Shown here in pieces: positions 28,625-40,347 of a stretch of 51,953 nt of DNA. Position 1 is the stretch's first letter. Each line of letters starts with the position of its first letter. Made by a program: the position numbers and the translations under genes. Source of the stretch: Perkinsus olseni (taxonomy: Eukaryota). The DNA lies in assembly GCA_013115125.1 (NCBI GenBank), contig JABANN010000218.1:1-51953 (forward strand), read 5' to 3'. The notes beneath the pieces are model-generated. The model made no database searches. It was not told the origin of the DNA and saw only the letters and a program-made list of their open reading frames with translations.

Positions 28625-30679
28625 CTAGCCCGATACGATGCCCGTGATGGAGGTGTATGTGCCCACAACTACAAATGCGGCCACTAAGACCCCGGACACA
28701 TAGACAGCCCACAACTTGATACCAGCTGGACGCATCACATAAGTATAGAACCATAATGGGCATAGGTATAATGAACCTGAGGTGATGACGGTATGACCGG
28801 CCAGGAGCTCGGGGGATCGGTCTCATCTGATCAGCTCACTGGCTGGGAGTGACTCACATGAAGTCAACAGAACTGACGCAATCGCTTGGGAGTAGGCGAG
28901 CTTCTTCTTCGCCAGAGCTGCTCCTAGTGCAGCCGCAACGACGAGTAGACATCTAACGGCGAGTCTCCAACCCTTCATTCTGCTTATCTTCGACGTTATC
29001 CTAGTTGAAGTCTGAGAGCATCACAAGGAGTGGCCCACAGCTCCTGCGCGAAACAAGAGACACACGAACGGGTCGCTGGCAGTGCCAGTCTGGCACCTCG
29101 AACGGGTCCTACCAAAAGGCGTCCGACCACGGTCTCGCAGGCAACCATCAGCGGCACCATTATGATCGGCAATACGGCAAACATTCTCAGGAGAATGAAG
29201 GCATACATGCAATAGACCAACCATGGAGGTAGAGCAGCCGGAGGGAAGCCTGACGAGTGACGGCGTGCTAAACCCTTAGACGGTTTACTTCCCTTACCAG
29301 CGAGGCTCGCCGGATAAAAGTCTTTACATACTCCATCACAGATTTGCATCCCAGCCAAACCAATAATGTATACATACACCACCGACAGGGTTAAACAGAT
29401 GATAATAGTCAAAGTTATACGACGATCGGTGGAACCTGAGCACGCAGGGTCTTCTTCGGGGGGCTCCACTCTTTGAGAAGGCAGCCGTTATCTCGTCGGA
29501 CTCAGAAAAGACTATGAACGACCCAGCTCTGCTAGACGCCCCATTACCCTTGACGGTGCCGAGGTAAGGCGGCAGGGTCGGCACGTCAGCCGAGGTCCAC
29601 ATCGACAGGCTGAACGCTGTGACTAGATTTACAAAAAGAGGCTCACGGGCCGTCAGATTGTCAATCAAATGTGAGTCGGGTAGGATAGCGGAAGCAGATC
29701 CAACCTGAGCTAACTTCACCTCAACGAACTGCAAATCAAAGTAGACTGAAACTCACCCAAGTTGCCATACTCCCGAGTATTCCGACAACAGCGAGAACAC
29801 CCATGACGGCTGATATCTCCCTCAGCCACGGTACCAGGATCATGACCAGCGTTATTGCCGAGAAAATTATAATCCAAACATCAGCTGAAAAAGAACAACT
29901 CATCGTCACCAATTAGTGTCGGTGTTGAGCGATGCTCACCACTGACTGCTGGTGCGATGAGGGCGGCGCATATCCCAATCGCACTGAGGTTCGTGACCAG
30001 GATGAGAAAGTAGTCAAAGAGTATTAACTGAGAGGGATACAAAACCCGTTGCTTGGCCTCCCTAGTACTCAGCCGCGAACTCATGTAATACTTTGTAGTA
30101 CTCATGTAACCGCGTGCAACGACCAGAAAGCTGGTGAATGACCACCGCGGACAAATCGACGTGGAACGCCCCGCGCTCCCTACCAGGGTTATCGCGCCTC
30201 GGCCAAAATCCCCTCCACAGAATTCGCCCAGAAATGTGTACTCCCTCTCGAAAGACGGCACGCCTCTCTCTTCGGCGTATTGCTTCACCTGGGGTGACAC
30301 CGGAGGTCTTGCATACAGGATCGCAGGGAAAGCGACGAGGGGATCACCTTCTCATTATTAAGGGTGGCTCTGATCATCTGAATGCCAATGAATGCGAAGG
30401 ACGCAGCCAACGCCTGCGTGACGAACGACACCCAGCCAGCGGTAGTGAACATAAACGGTACGGAGAGGGCTTGAGAAATAAAGGTGTTACAGCAAGTAGC
30501 GAAAAAGGTCCTGAAAAGTATTCAGGAATTCAGCATGTGCCCTTAGATCGACCACATCCAGCTCACCTGAGGCTAATGCCTCTCTCCATCTCCTCACATA
30601 CCGCTCCGCTGCCATTATTTACATCGACGCGCGACGACGAGTCGGTATCGTCATACACCTTGACTGAGGGGGCCCTCAT
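28625..30679 (-). CDS. AAAP transporter copy D (compact introns; stop 9 codons earlier than B/C/E)
   Basis: ATG 30679 (MRAPSVKVY..GISLR) and the same exon series as copy B. Ends GIVSG-TAG (28625-28627). Confidence 0.75.
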
Positions 30680-31604
30680 AGAAAAATCCCGCCGACTAAC
30701 CGTTGAGAGAGAGGTATGCATTCCCGAACTCGAAGGTGCATAAAAAGAGGTTAGATTGAACACAGGAACATCAAATCAACACAGAACAGGATATCTGTGG
30801 TGGATCCAGCCATTGAGGGTCCCTAACCGACGCTGCTACAGTAGCCCTCACGAAGAGTGGCAATCAACACTGCGCGGCAGCGCCCAGCAGGGATTCGTCG
30901 AAGCTCAATGTAGTGGTGGTACATTCGCATCAGATGATACAGCTTAGACGTCCTAGCACACCCTGGATAACCAAATGGCTGAAAACGGTGCCATGACACT
31001 CATTGCAACGTTACTGATCGTCAGGTAACACCGATGCTACTCGGACTGAGGCCAAACTGCCCACTGCCGGTACCGCTTCGCTGATAGATAATGCCTGTCA
31101 TGATGAGAGCTTCATCTCTCGGATGAGCGTGCCGATCCCACGGGACAGCACGCGATGTGCGCCCCGGATTCTGCCAGTTACGTAGTATTTTGGATTTCTG
31201 TCATCTGTTCGGAACACATTCGTCATAAAGTAGCTATTAACGTCAAGCTGAGGTTGAGATTCTGCGGGACGACACGTCGGACGTCTACCTTCGATTCAGT
31301 TGTAGTGACAGACTCACCATCTGAGTTTAAATGATGCGCAGCGCAAAACTCGCCGTGCTGTCGTCAGTGATTCACCTTTCACCGTTTCTTGTGATGTCGG
31401 ACTGCCGTTAATCAGATGTCATCCATCGAGACGGCGTCCCCGCACAGTTTATCAGAACGAACTATGGACCATGAACTCCTTCCGTGTGTCAAGTGACACT
31501 ATCGGTCCGATACCACCCGAACGCGTCACGTTCAACGCGAGCAACGTACACTCGAACTGTCCGGCGAGAGCATCGCAACGAGGCTCCACCGCGGTTACAG
31601 GTCA

Positions 31605-32418
31605 TTACGATTGGGTCGGCTCAGCCTTCTCGGCTGTCTTCATACGATTTGCCTTGCCCTCACGGTCGCTGTGAGGTCCCTTCCCACACCGGAGCCTGGT
31701 AACCTCCGCGCGAGGCATGTTCACGCGTACGTAGTCGTACGTGTGCTCACCGCAACGTACTGTTACGCTCCGTCTATGTTTATGCGTGCAGAGTAGTCTG
31801 GGCAATAGCTCTTTCATAAGATCCATCTCACAAGCTCCCTTTGGCCTTGTGTTCCACGTACGAGTAAAAAGAATACAACACGTACACCACGACCACGCTA
31901 GCGCACACATCAAACCATTGTGGGATCTCTACGGGAGCCTAGCCATCGGAACTGCGAGAAATTGCGCGAGTACTTATGTGACAAAGATGAAGAGACATCT
32001 CGACGTCTGACGAGAGACGAGAGACGTCGACCTATCTGGCAATAAAAGGTACGGAGCAAAAATTCGTGTTCGGTGTACTCACCGTCGGTATCATCACAAT
32101 CAGCCACACTAGTAAATATAGTACCGAGGTCATTATCATCAAAGGATACACCGGCCGTCATCAATATATTGTGGAACGGTATGTCACTGTCAGTTCCAAG
32201 TGAAATGTCACAGTTTCTAGTAGAAACTTTCCACCATTCCATATGGCGAAAACAGTGACCCCCGACGAAGAATTGGCAGCTGAGCGATAACGATGATCGC
32301 TATCAGGATCATCCCAGAACACAAGAATACGTCTATTATAGAAAATCTCATCCACGGTTCGAGGCGCGATGGAGGCCTGAAAATGTCGCAGCGGCATTGC
32401 CGCTCGGAACGAGTTCAC
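31605..32418 (-). other. Possible hypothetical gene or pseudogene between copies D and E
   Basis: Three overlapping minus-strand ORFs with protein-like composition (32161-32418, 31910-32242, 31605-31913). No recognised domain. Confidence 0.3.
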
Positions 32419-32484
32419 CGAAGAAGGAATACAATGGCTAAAAATAGAGGCGAAGCCTACTGGGCTCTTCCACTGATCAAATAT

Positions 32485-35400
32485 TCACAATCTCTCTGTC
32501 GAAGCACCGGGTGAGCCCGATATGATGCCCATGATCGAGGTGTATGTGCCCACAACTACGAAAGCTGCCACTAAGACCCCGGACACATAGACAGCCCACA
32601 ACTTGATACCAACTGGACGCATCACATAAGCATAGAACCATAATGGGCATAGGTATAATGAACCTGAAAGAATGACGGTATGACCGAGCAGGAACTCGGG
32701 GGATCGGGGCCAATTAGATGTGCTCACTCACATGAAGTTAAGAGAGTCGAGGCAATCGCCTGGAAGTATGCCAGCTCTCGTTTAACGAGAATCGCTCCTA
32801 GAGCAGCCACAACCATGAGTAAACATCTAACAGCGAGCCTCCAACCCTTCAGACTGCTCAATTTCGACGTTACTCTTGTACAACTCTGAAAGCATCACAG
32901 ACTGCACACGAATGAAGAAAGTTAAACGGTCGATGACACGAATGGACGACAGCAGTCTGCCTTCCCGGGCTATCACCCGGGGTTTGTCGAAAACACGGGC
33001 GAAGGCCAGCCGACGAGGCGTCATTTTCCTACCAGAAGACGTCCAACCACGGTCTCGCAAGCAACCATCAGCGGCACCGTTAAGATAGGTAGGAGGACGA
33101 ACATTCTCAGAAGTATGAAAGCGTACATGCAATAGACCGACCACGGGGGTAGAGCAGCCGGAGGGAAGCCTGACGAGTGACGAGCTGAATCCTCAGACGG
33201 TTTACTACCCTTACGGTAAGGGTCTTACCAGCGAGGCTCGCCGGATAAAAGTCTTTACATACTCCATCACAGATTTGCATCCCAGCCAAACCAATAATGT
33301 ATCCATACACCACCGACAGGGTTAGACAGATGATGATAGTCAAAGTTATCCGACGATCGGTAGAACCTGAAAACGCAGGGTTTTCTTCGAAGACTCCTCT
33401 GGGAAGTGCCAATCTGATGATGAGCGTGCCCTAGGACCTCACCCACTCACGATTTGACCCTTCAATACCTCTGATAGCACTAAGGTAAGGCAGCAAGGTA
33501 GGCACGTCCGACGAGGTCCAAATTGACAGGCTGAAAGCCGTCACTAAGTTGAGGACTAGAGGTTCACGGGGAGGCAGATTCTCGACCAGGTGTGAATCGG
33601 GTAGAATGACAAAAGCCGATCCAACCTGAGTCAGCTGAAGATCATGAATCGCTGATACGAACGGATTGACCGACAGGATACGTTTCAAGACCAGCGGCCC
33701 TAGCCGGCAACGCCACTTCTTCTCACAGAGACGAAGACATTTCGGCTGGACAGTGACGGGAACAATCAACCATTGTTCCCCTGTTCCCGCTTCCCGGCAA
33801 GAATCCCGGGGATTTCCGGGGAAGAAGCCGTCACGTTTCAAATTCCGAAGTGCGGAAGGACGGACCGAGGACCAAAACACGGTTCAGCTCGAAAAGATGC
33901 GCCCGTGACGGGCGGCCCGTCGATACACACTCCACTCGATTTAAGCGTGAGTTCTAAAAATGTCGGAGAAGCATCCGCATTGGTGCGATCCGTGGTCTAC
34001 TACTAAAAGTTGTGAAGCCTTCCACTTCGCACGATTCCCTGAAAATGGTTTCCAGGGACGATTATTGTTCAACAATCACAACTATTCTTTCTTCTCATCC
34101 AGTAACAATTCCCTGCAGCACAGGGCCTCATGTAATATGGCAATTGTGGCCCACAAATTGTGGCCCACAGTGGGTCGTCCGCTGTAGAGCTGACTTCACA
34201 ATTTGTGGGGTCAGCTTAACAGTGACTGCTGAGGGATGGCTCGTTGACTGAGCAAGGATGCAGCAGTAACGTCTTGCGGGGGTCGTCACGGCGCTCGACT
34301 GAAGGGAGTGGGCTGCGGGGGAAGAGAAAAGAAGAGAGAAGAATGTTCACACTCAAGTCACCATGGAAACCCATATATAACTATACCAGTCAGGAGCCTA
34401 TTAGGCGGATAGAATTGCCATAGCCTAGTCGAGGATGATATCATCACATTAGCGAGTTGTTGTTGTTGAGCACCTCTTTCTATTCGACAGTAAGTCGTTC
34501 TGGGGCATGTGCAGGGAAAGCGTAAGACACCCAGTGATGGAGAAGGTTGTTGAATAGTGGAAGTAAATGGGAACCTGAGCTGAGGAGGCTGCGCCTAGAC
34601 TCAGCTGCCTTGATTAGCAGTGCTAATCATGGAGCATCCTGATGAAACCAGAGGACTTCGCTGATCGGAAACATGTCGGTCACGGAGTTCTTCGCGCGCC
34701 TACGCTCAACGATCACGCGCAAAAATACATTTCCCAACTCACCCCGCCTGCTCTGATCAGACTTTTCATAATTCGTCTTGGTTTCATCCTCAGCACCTTC
34801 GCTGTCCTCGGCATTCTGACAACGCCTGGTGAGGCGTCCATATTTAAGAGGTTGTTGGGCATGCTCAAGCCGAATGGATCGGACAGGCCCTATAGCTACA
34901 CCCAAGTAGCGAGGAACCCCGAAATGGCGAGTTCACAAGACTCGAGCGACTCGGATGACGACGAGAGGTATCCCAGGAGTCCACATGGACCGAGCGAATT
35001 CAAAGACGTCGATGATGTTTCTGAGAACCCGCCAGTCGGGAATGGTGGTAGCGGCTCTAAGCGCCCGGAAACCTTGATTGATCTGGAAAGTAACGAACGG
35101 GCTTGTGAGGATTCAGTCACTGAATTTCAGTGAGACGGTATCCACTCCCGTTCACAGTCGTCTCCATTCGTGCTTCATCTCTACCTACATGATATCATCT
35201 GGTAGTGAGAGAAGCTCAAGTCATTCTGCTCAGGTAGCGAGGAAGCCGATCAGTCCCCAAGCAGGGGTAAGAGATCGTCTTTGAGAGTGAAAGCTCATAA
35301 CGGGATGGGTGAAGGCAATTAGCCCCCGTTTTTTGAATAGTGAGAAGGCGAGCTTCAGCAGGACGGTTAGTCTACATGATGTTACATGTAGCACTTGCTG

Positions 35401-37864
35401 TGAGGATTTATGATCGTTGGGTTCAAAGTTGAAACTTGGCTTGGATAGTCAAAGAGGAGCCCTCTCAGAGATGAGTGAATCTCGCGATGCGAAAGAATGC
35501 AATTTGAGAGAGAATCACCCACTACGATCGACTCGGCTTCAGCTGGGTTGAGTTAACTGTGATCCGAAAGTTGAAGCTGTTTACGCCTTCGATACTTCTA
35601 GGGTGATAACCCTTACTTGAGGGCCAGTGAGGTTACACTTACTTCTGGAGCCGAGCGGTGCGGCTCCACGCTTGCGTACAAGCAGGAATCCTAACTTCCT
35701 TGCCTGGGAGTGCTGCCTTTGAACGAATCCCCCTTATGGCCTAGACTAGGCCGCCTAGTCTATTATGCTCAGTAGCTTGTGGGTGGACTCCCAAGAAGGA
35801 GTTTCGATTCTTATGAGCCGATTTGCTCTGCTGCCAGTTCACCTCAGGCTGAGGTGAACTGGCAGTAGAATAATCCGGCTGTCGAAGTTAAACATTCTGG
35901 CACTAGTTGAGGAGCTAGAACAGGCAATTCTGATCTACTGTATGTGCTGGAACATATACTCTGGGCGGGACTTGAACCCGCAGCCTTTGGATTAGAAGTC
36001 CAACGCTCTATCCGATTGAGTCACCAGAGCCGAAATCAGTCGCGACATACAGTGCTGGCCGGTGGTGAGCGTCTCTTCGAATGTTAGAGGGCATATAGTG
36101 GGCTTACTCGAGTTGCTCGAGTCAACCGCTGCTCCTCGATGGACTATGTTGCAGAGGACAGGGCTGGTATACACGCATTATGCGGGGCACTGAATGAGTT
36201 TTAAGGAGTCGTTCGAAGAATGTGGTGCACGCATGAGGAAGGAGAAGCGTCGAGATTCGCATTTCTCGTTGTATTCTCGCACCTTGGGGGCTAATTTCTG
36301 ACGTAGTAACACAGGAAATCTAAATCTAACCGATAGACGGCCACTCCAGTACGGCGAGGAAACCACATCCTAAGCTGTTCACCAGTGGGTAGCCGCTACG
36401 TATCGCTTGGCGTTGCTCTGCTGCTCAGCCAAGCATCCACGGACCAGCCGTTGGATCACAAACTATAGCCTGTTGAATCCTCTAACTCGCGGCGCTTGGG
36501 TCCGACCAACGTGGTTTCCCGTTGGGGGAAGTGTTGTGTACAGACTGCTCTGCACAGCACTCGTGCCGGATCATCCGGCAAGCTTCTCATCCTCTTCATC
36601 ATGAGGAGGGATGGGCCGTGGAACCTCTGACTCACGTGCCTCTGTTGAGGACACCAGGCAGGGGAACAACGCCGGCCCGTCTGCCATTGCACCGGAGTGC
36701 TGAGCGTGCGAACACGCATACACCCATACACACTACCGAGATCCAAGGGCTCAGCAAGTGCTGGATCGTTGGGAGGTGCTTTCACTGAGCCTGGATATCG
36801 GCAGACGCTCTACTCTTCCCCCCTCACGGATAAAACCTTACAGGGAGTGGCGGGAGGGCCAAAAAACTCAAGGAGTCTTCCTCTCCGGGATTAGTGCGCT
36901 CTATAGCACTAATGATGCTAATGCTCATGCTAGTGCTGATGTTCATGCATTAGTCCGGATGCTGATGCTATACGAAGAGACAAGCAGGGACTCACCCAAG
37001 CTGCCATACTCCCAAGTATGCCGACAACAGCGAGCACACCCATGACGGCTGATATCTCCCTCAGCCACGGTACCAGGATCATGATCAGCGATATTGCCGA
37101 GAAAATAATAATCCAAACATCAGCTGAAGAAGAACAACTCACTGTAACCCATTGAGTAGCTGCATTTAGGTGTGGAGCAATGCTCACCACTGACTGCTGG
37201 TGCGATGAGGGCTGCGCATATCCCAATCGCGCCGAGGTCTGTGATCAGTCCTGTAAAGTATTCGAAAAGTATCAGCTGAGAAGACGGCCAAGTGCCCCAC
37301 AGTGCTCGTCAACCAGAACGGAACGTCATTGACACCAGCCTCTTCGGCGAGTAGTGATCGCGGGTGATTACCAGGGTGATGGCGCCTCTGCCAAAATTCC
37401 CGCCACAAAACTCGCCAAGGAACGTGAGCTCCCTTTCGAAGCAGGGCACTCCTTTCTCATCGCCGAATTGTTTCACCTGACGAAACAAGCTGTCAAATAG
37501 CCCCGGCTGGGTCACAAAAAAAGATGCGGGGCTCTCACCTTCTCATTATTCAGGGCAGTCCTGAGCATTTGGATACAAATGAAAGCAAAGTATGCAGCCA
37601 ACGCTTGCGTGATAAATGACGCCCAACCCGCGGTAGTAAACATGAATGGTATAGAGAAGCCTTCAGAGATGAGAGTGTTACAACAGGTAACAGAGAAAGC
37701 CCTGAGAAGAATAACTGAAGTCAATAACATTGAGCACAGGCATCTCACCTGAGGCTGATTCCCCGATCCATCCGTTCACACACTGCCCCGGTACCGTTAT
37801 TTGCAGCCATGGCTGATGCTGACTCGTCAGTGTCGTCACTCACTTTCGCTGAGGGGGCCTCCAT
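32485..37864 (-). CDS. AAAP transporter copy E, with a 3.36-kb intron/insertion at 33635-36995
   Basis: 5' exons 37864-36996 (MEAPSAKV..GISLR to GSMAAW|gtgag) and 3' exons 33634-32485 (cag|LTQVGSAFVILP to STERL*) are complementary, non-overlapping halves joined at a splice junction conserved in the paralogs. Confidence 0.7.
35957..36030 (-). tRNA. tRNA-Arg(UCU), intronless, with a G10A D-stem mismatch
   Basis: GCTCTGGTGACTCAATCGGATAGAGCGTTGGACTTCTAATCCAAAGGCTGCGGGTTCAAGTCCCGCCCAGAGTA folds as a cloverleaf with anticodon TCT. Confidence 0.9.
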
Positions 37865-40347
37865 GGTTGAAAGAAAATCGCCCTAGCTCTCAATTCCAGA
37901 GACTCTCTGCTCATTCTGAATGAGCAGTGCTCATTGAGCACACGCCCGAGAGAGCTAACCAGGCCGAGCTCTGCCCACATCAACTACACACAGAGTCTTC
38001 GGTAGGCGATACGACCATGCAGCCGTGTCCAAACAGACTAACTTTGTCAATGGATGAGAATCGCGAGAAAATAAAGGCACTTGATTTAATCAACGGGATT
38101 GACGAAGGTGCTCTGGAACACAGGAAACTCCTCATGTATGGAGAGTAGCAGGAGCCACCGTATCTCAACTGAGACTGCCACTCCCTCGTTGCGGGTACAA
38201 AGCTGATATGAACAAATCAGAGCGCCACGTTCTCATTCTAGCCGCGTGGTGAATTCTGCGTCTCAAAGCCGAGACCATCAGCCTGCCGCGCTACTAACTC
38301 ACCAGATAGAATAACACGTAGCGGAATGAAGGTCCTGTAGTCGGTGCGAACCTGGTTAGACCAATCAGGTTGATGATGATACGACCCACTCGGAACTTCA
38401 AATCCTCATTGAGCCGCGGGATTCCCGAGTCGGGATCGAATTCACAGAGCCTCGGACAGTGTTTTACATGCAATGATTGCAGTGCAATCTGCCCGATTCA
38501 CTCTCAGAGCTGCGAAAGAACAACACCACAGAGGAACCGTGCAATAAGCTATCGAATATGAAATGTCCGTCTTTGAAAGACACGATACATCCAGCAGGCT
38601 CGGAGTCGTGACGCCAGGTTCACGCGAGAACCGGCCTCTCCGGGCACAGGCACACATTGTGTGCCACACAAGACTCGTGTGACCTATGATAAGCTCGATA
38701 TCAGACACGTCATTCTCACGTGGAGAGCTCTCTCTTGTGCCACAAGTGGTGTTCGTACTGATTTACCAGCGAGTATGCTTGGACTCAAGGCAATGCCAAA
38801 AATCACGCAATGCAATCATTCTGCATATGTCCGTCGAGACACTTCTTCGGCAAAGTCGTTCCTGTAACAGGAATCCTGTTGCATTTCTCGTCGGATGCTA
38901 TTCCACAGCCAGTCGATGAATGTCTCGGTGTAGCTCTAGACGAAGCGGAAATATACCCAACACGGCTGCGGAAATTATCGCCCCAGTGAGCGCCTGCCGT
39001 TGCCGACTATTGGGACCTAGCGCAGGCCGATTACTCTGTAGCCCCAGGCTTGTCCGAAGGCGCTAAGGTCACTGGGAGACAGTATGGCCATCTGACCATG
39101 ACGGGTGGTTATTGTGACCGGTGATTGCGAGTGGTGATTGCTAACGGTTATGGCGCGGGTCTTGTACGGAACACTGGGCCTTCAATGGGGCTGCCACCCG
39201 TCGAAGGTTAAACCCGACGGCACACTTTCTTATCCTTCCAAATCGAACCCCGCCAGTAGTGTCCCTCCACATCTTCGCACCGGCTGATGCAATAAGGCCA
39301 ACATCAATGAGCAACCTCCTTGTACGCTCGTAGCAACCACGCCCTCATGAACTCAGCTTGCTTGCGCAGAACAAGTCGTGCTCATGATATACCGCACAGC
39401 CCAGCGTTGAGCATGATCACAAACAGTACGATTTTCCATCCAGAGCATACTTGAGCTTCAAGTCTTGAAGCCCGCTGCCCCGTGACGTCGGTGCTCGAAA
39501 TGCCGTAGCAGCCATAATGTGAATTAGAAAGGACAGCATCATCAATAGAGTTACTCTACTGGAGTGCGTACAAAGGGTGATATGATGTTGGTACAATCAT
39601 CCTTCAAGTGGGGTGAATATCGGTAACTCCTTCGCAGCGTCGAGAAGGCTCATCCAACAGAAATCCTGCTACAAGATCTGGCAAACCTCTATCGTAGGAT
39701 TTTGCGATCAAGATCAGAAAAAGAATCAAATGAGAATTAGAATTCGTTGAAATGAAAATTAGATACAGTAGTGTATTTCCGACTAAAATTTGCATACGAA
39801 TTTACTGCTCGGCGGCAATACGGGAAATAACCTACGCATGTTTGTGCTCAACGCTCGCCGAACGCCGCCCCATAAACTACCCTTCGGGTCTTGCCATCAT
39901 CGGCGACACTTCCCAAATACACTCTGAGTGACCTGCTTCGGTTGATGGAGGGCTGGCGATCGGTCAATGCTCAATCACTGAGCCTCAACGACAACGAAAG
40001 TGTCCTCGGCAGTTCGGCTTCGGCACTCTGCTGCAAGCGCGACTTCAATTTGGCGCAGGTTACCTGCATGTCTCGCAGATAATTCCGGCTGCCTAAGAAA
40101 ACAGCTGCCCCCCCAGTCAAGACGATATCGACCTCTGTCACTAATTGGAGAACTGCAAACTCGAACGTATCTTTAAGGAAGTCAAACAAATGTTAAGTTA
40201 GAGATCAACATTCAAGTGAAATTCTAGTCTGCAGCAATGGTCCACTAGATATCCTACCTAGTATTACGACCTCATAATAGTAGTCCCCACCGGGGATAGA
40301 ACCCAGGTCGTTCGTAAGACAGTCATGAACGTTTCTTCCTACAGTAT

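Noticed and set aside
36200-36900. Possible integrase remnant (GTTPARL)
   Set aside because: No DDE or HHCC motifs; the similarity is too weak.
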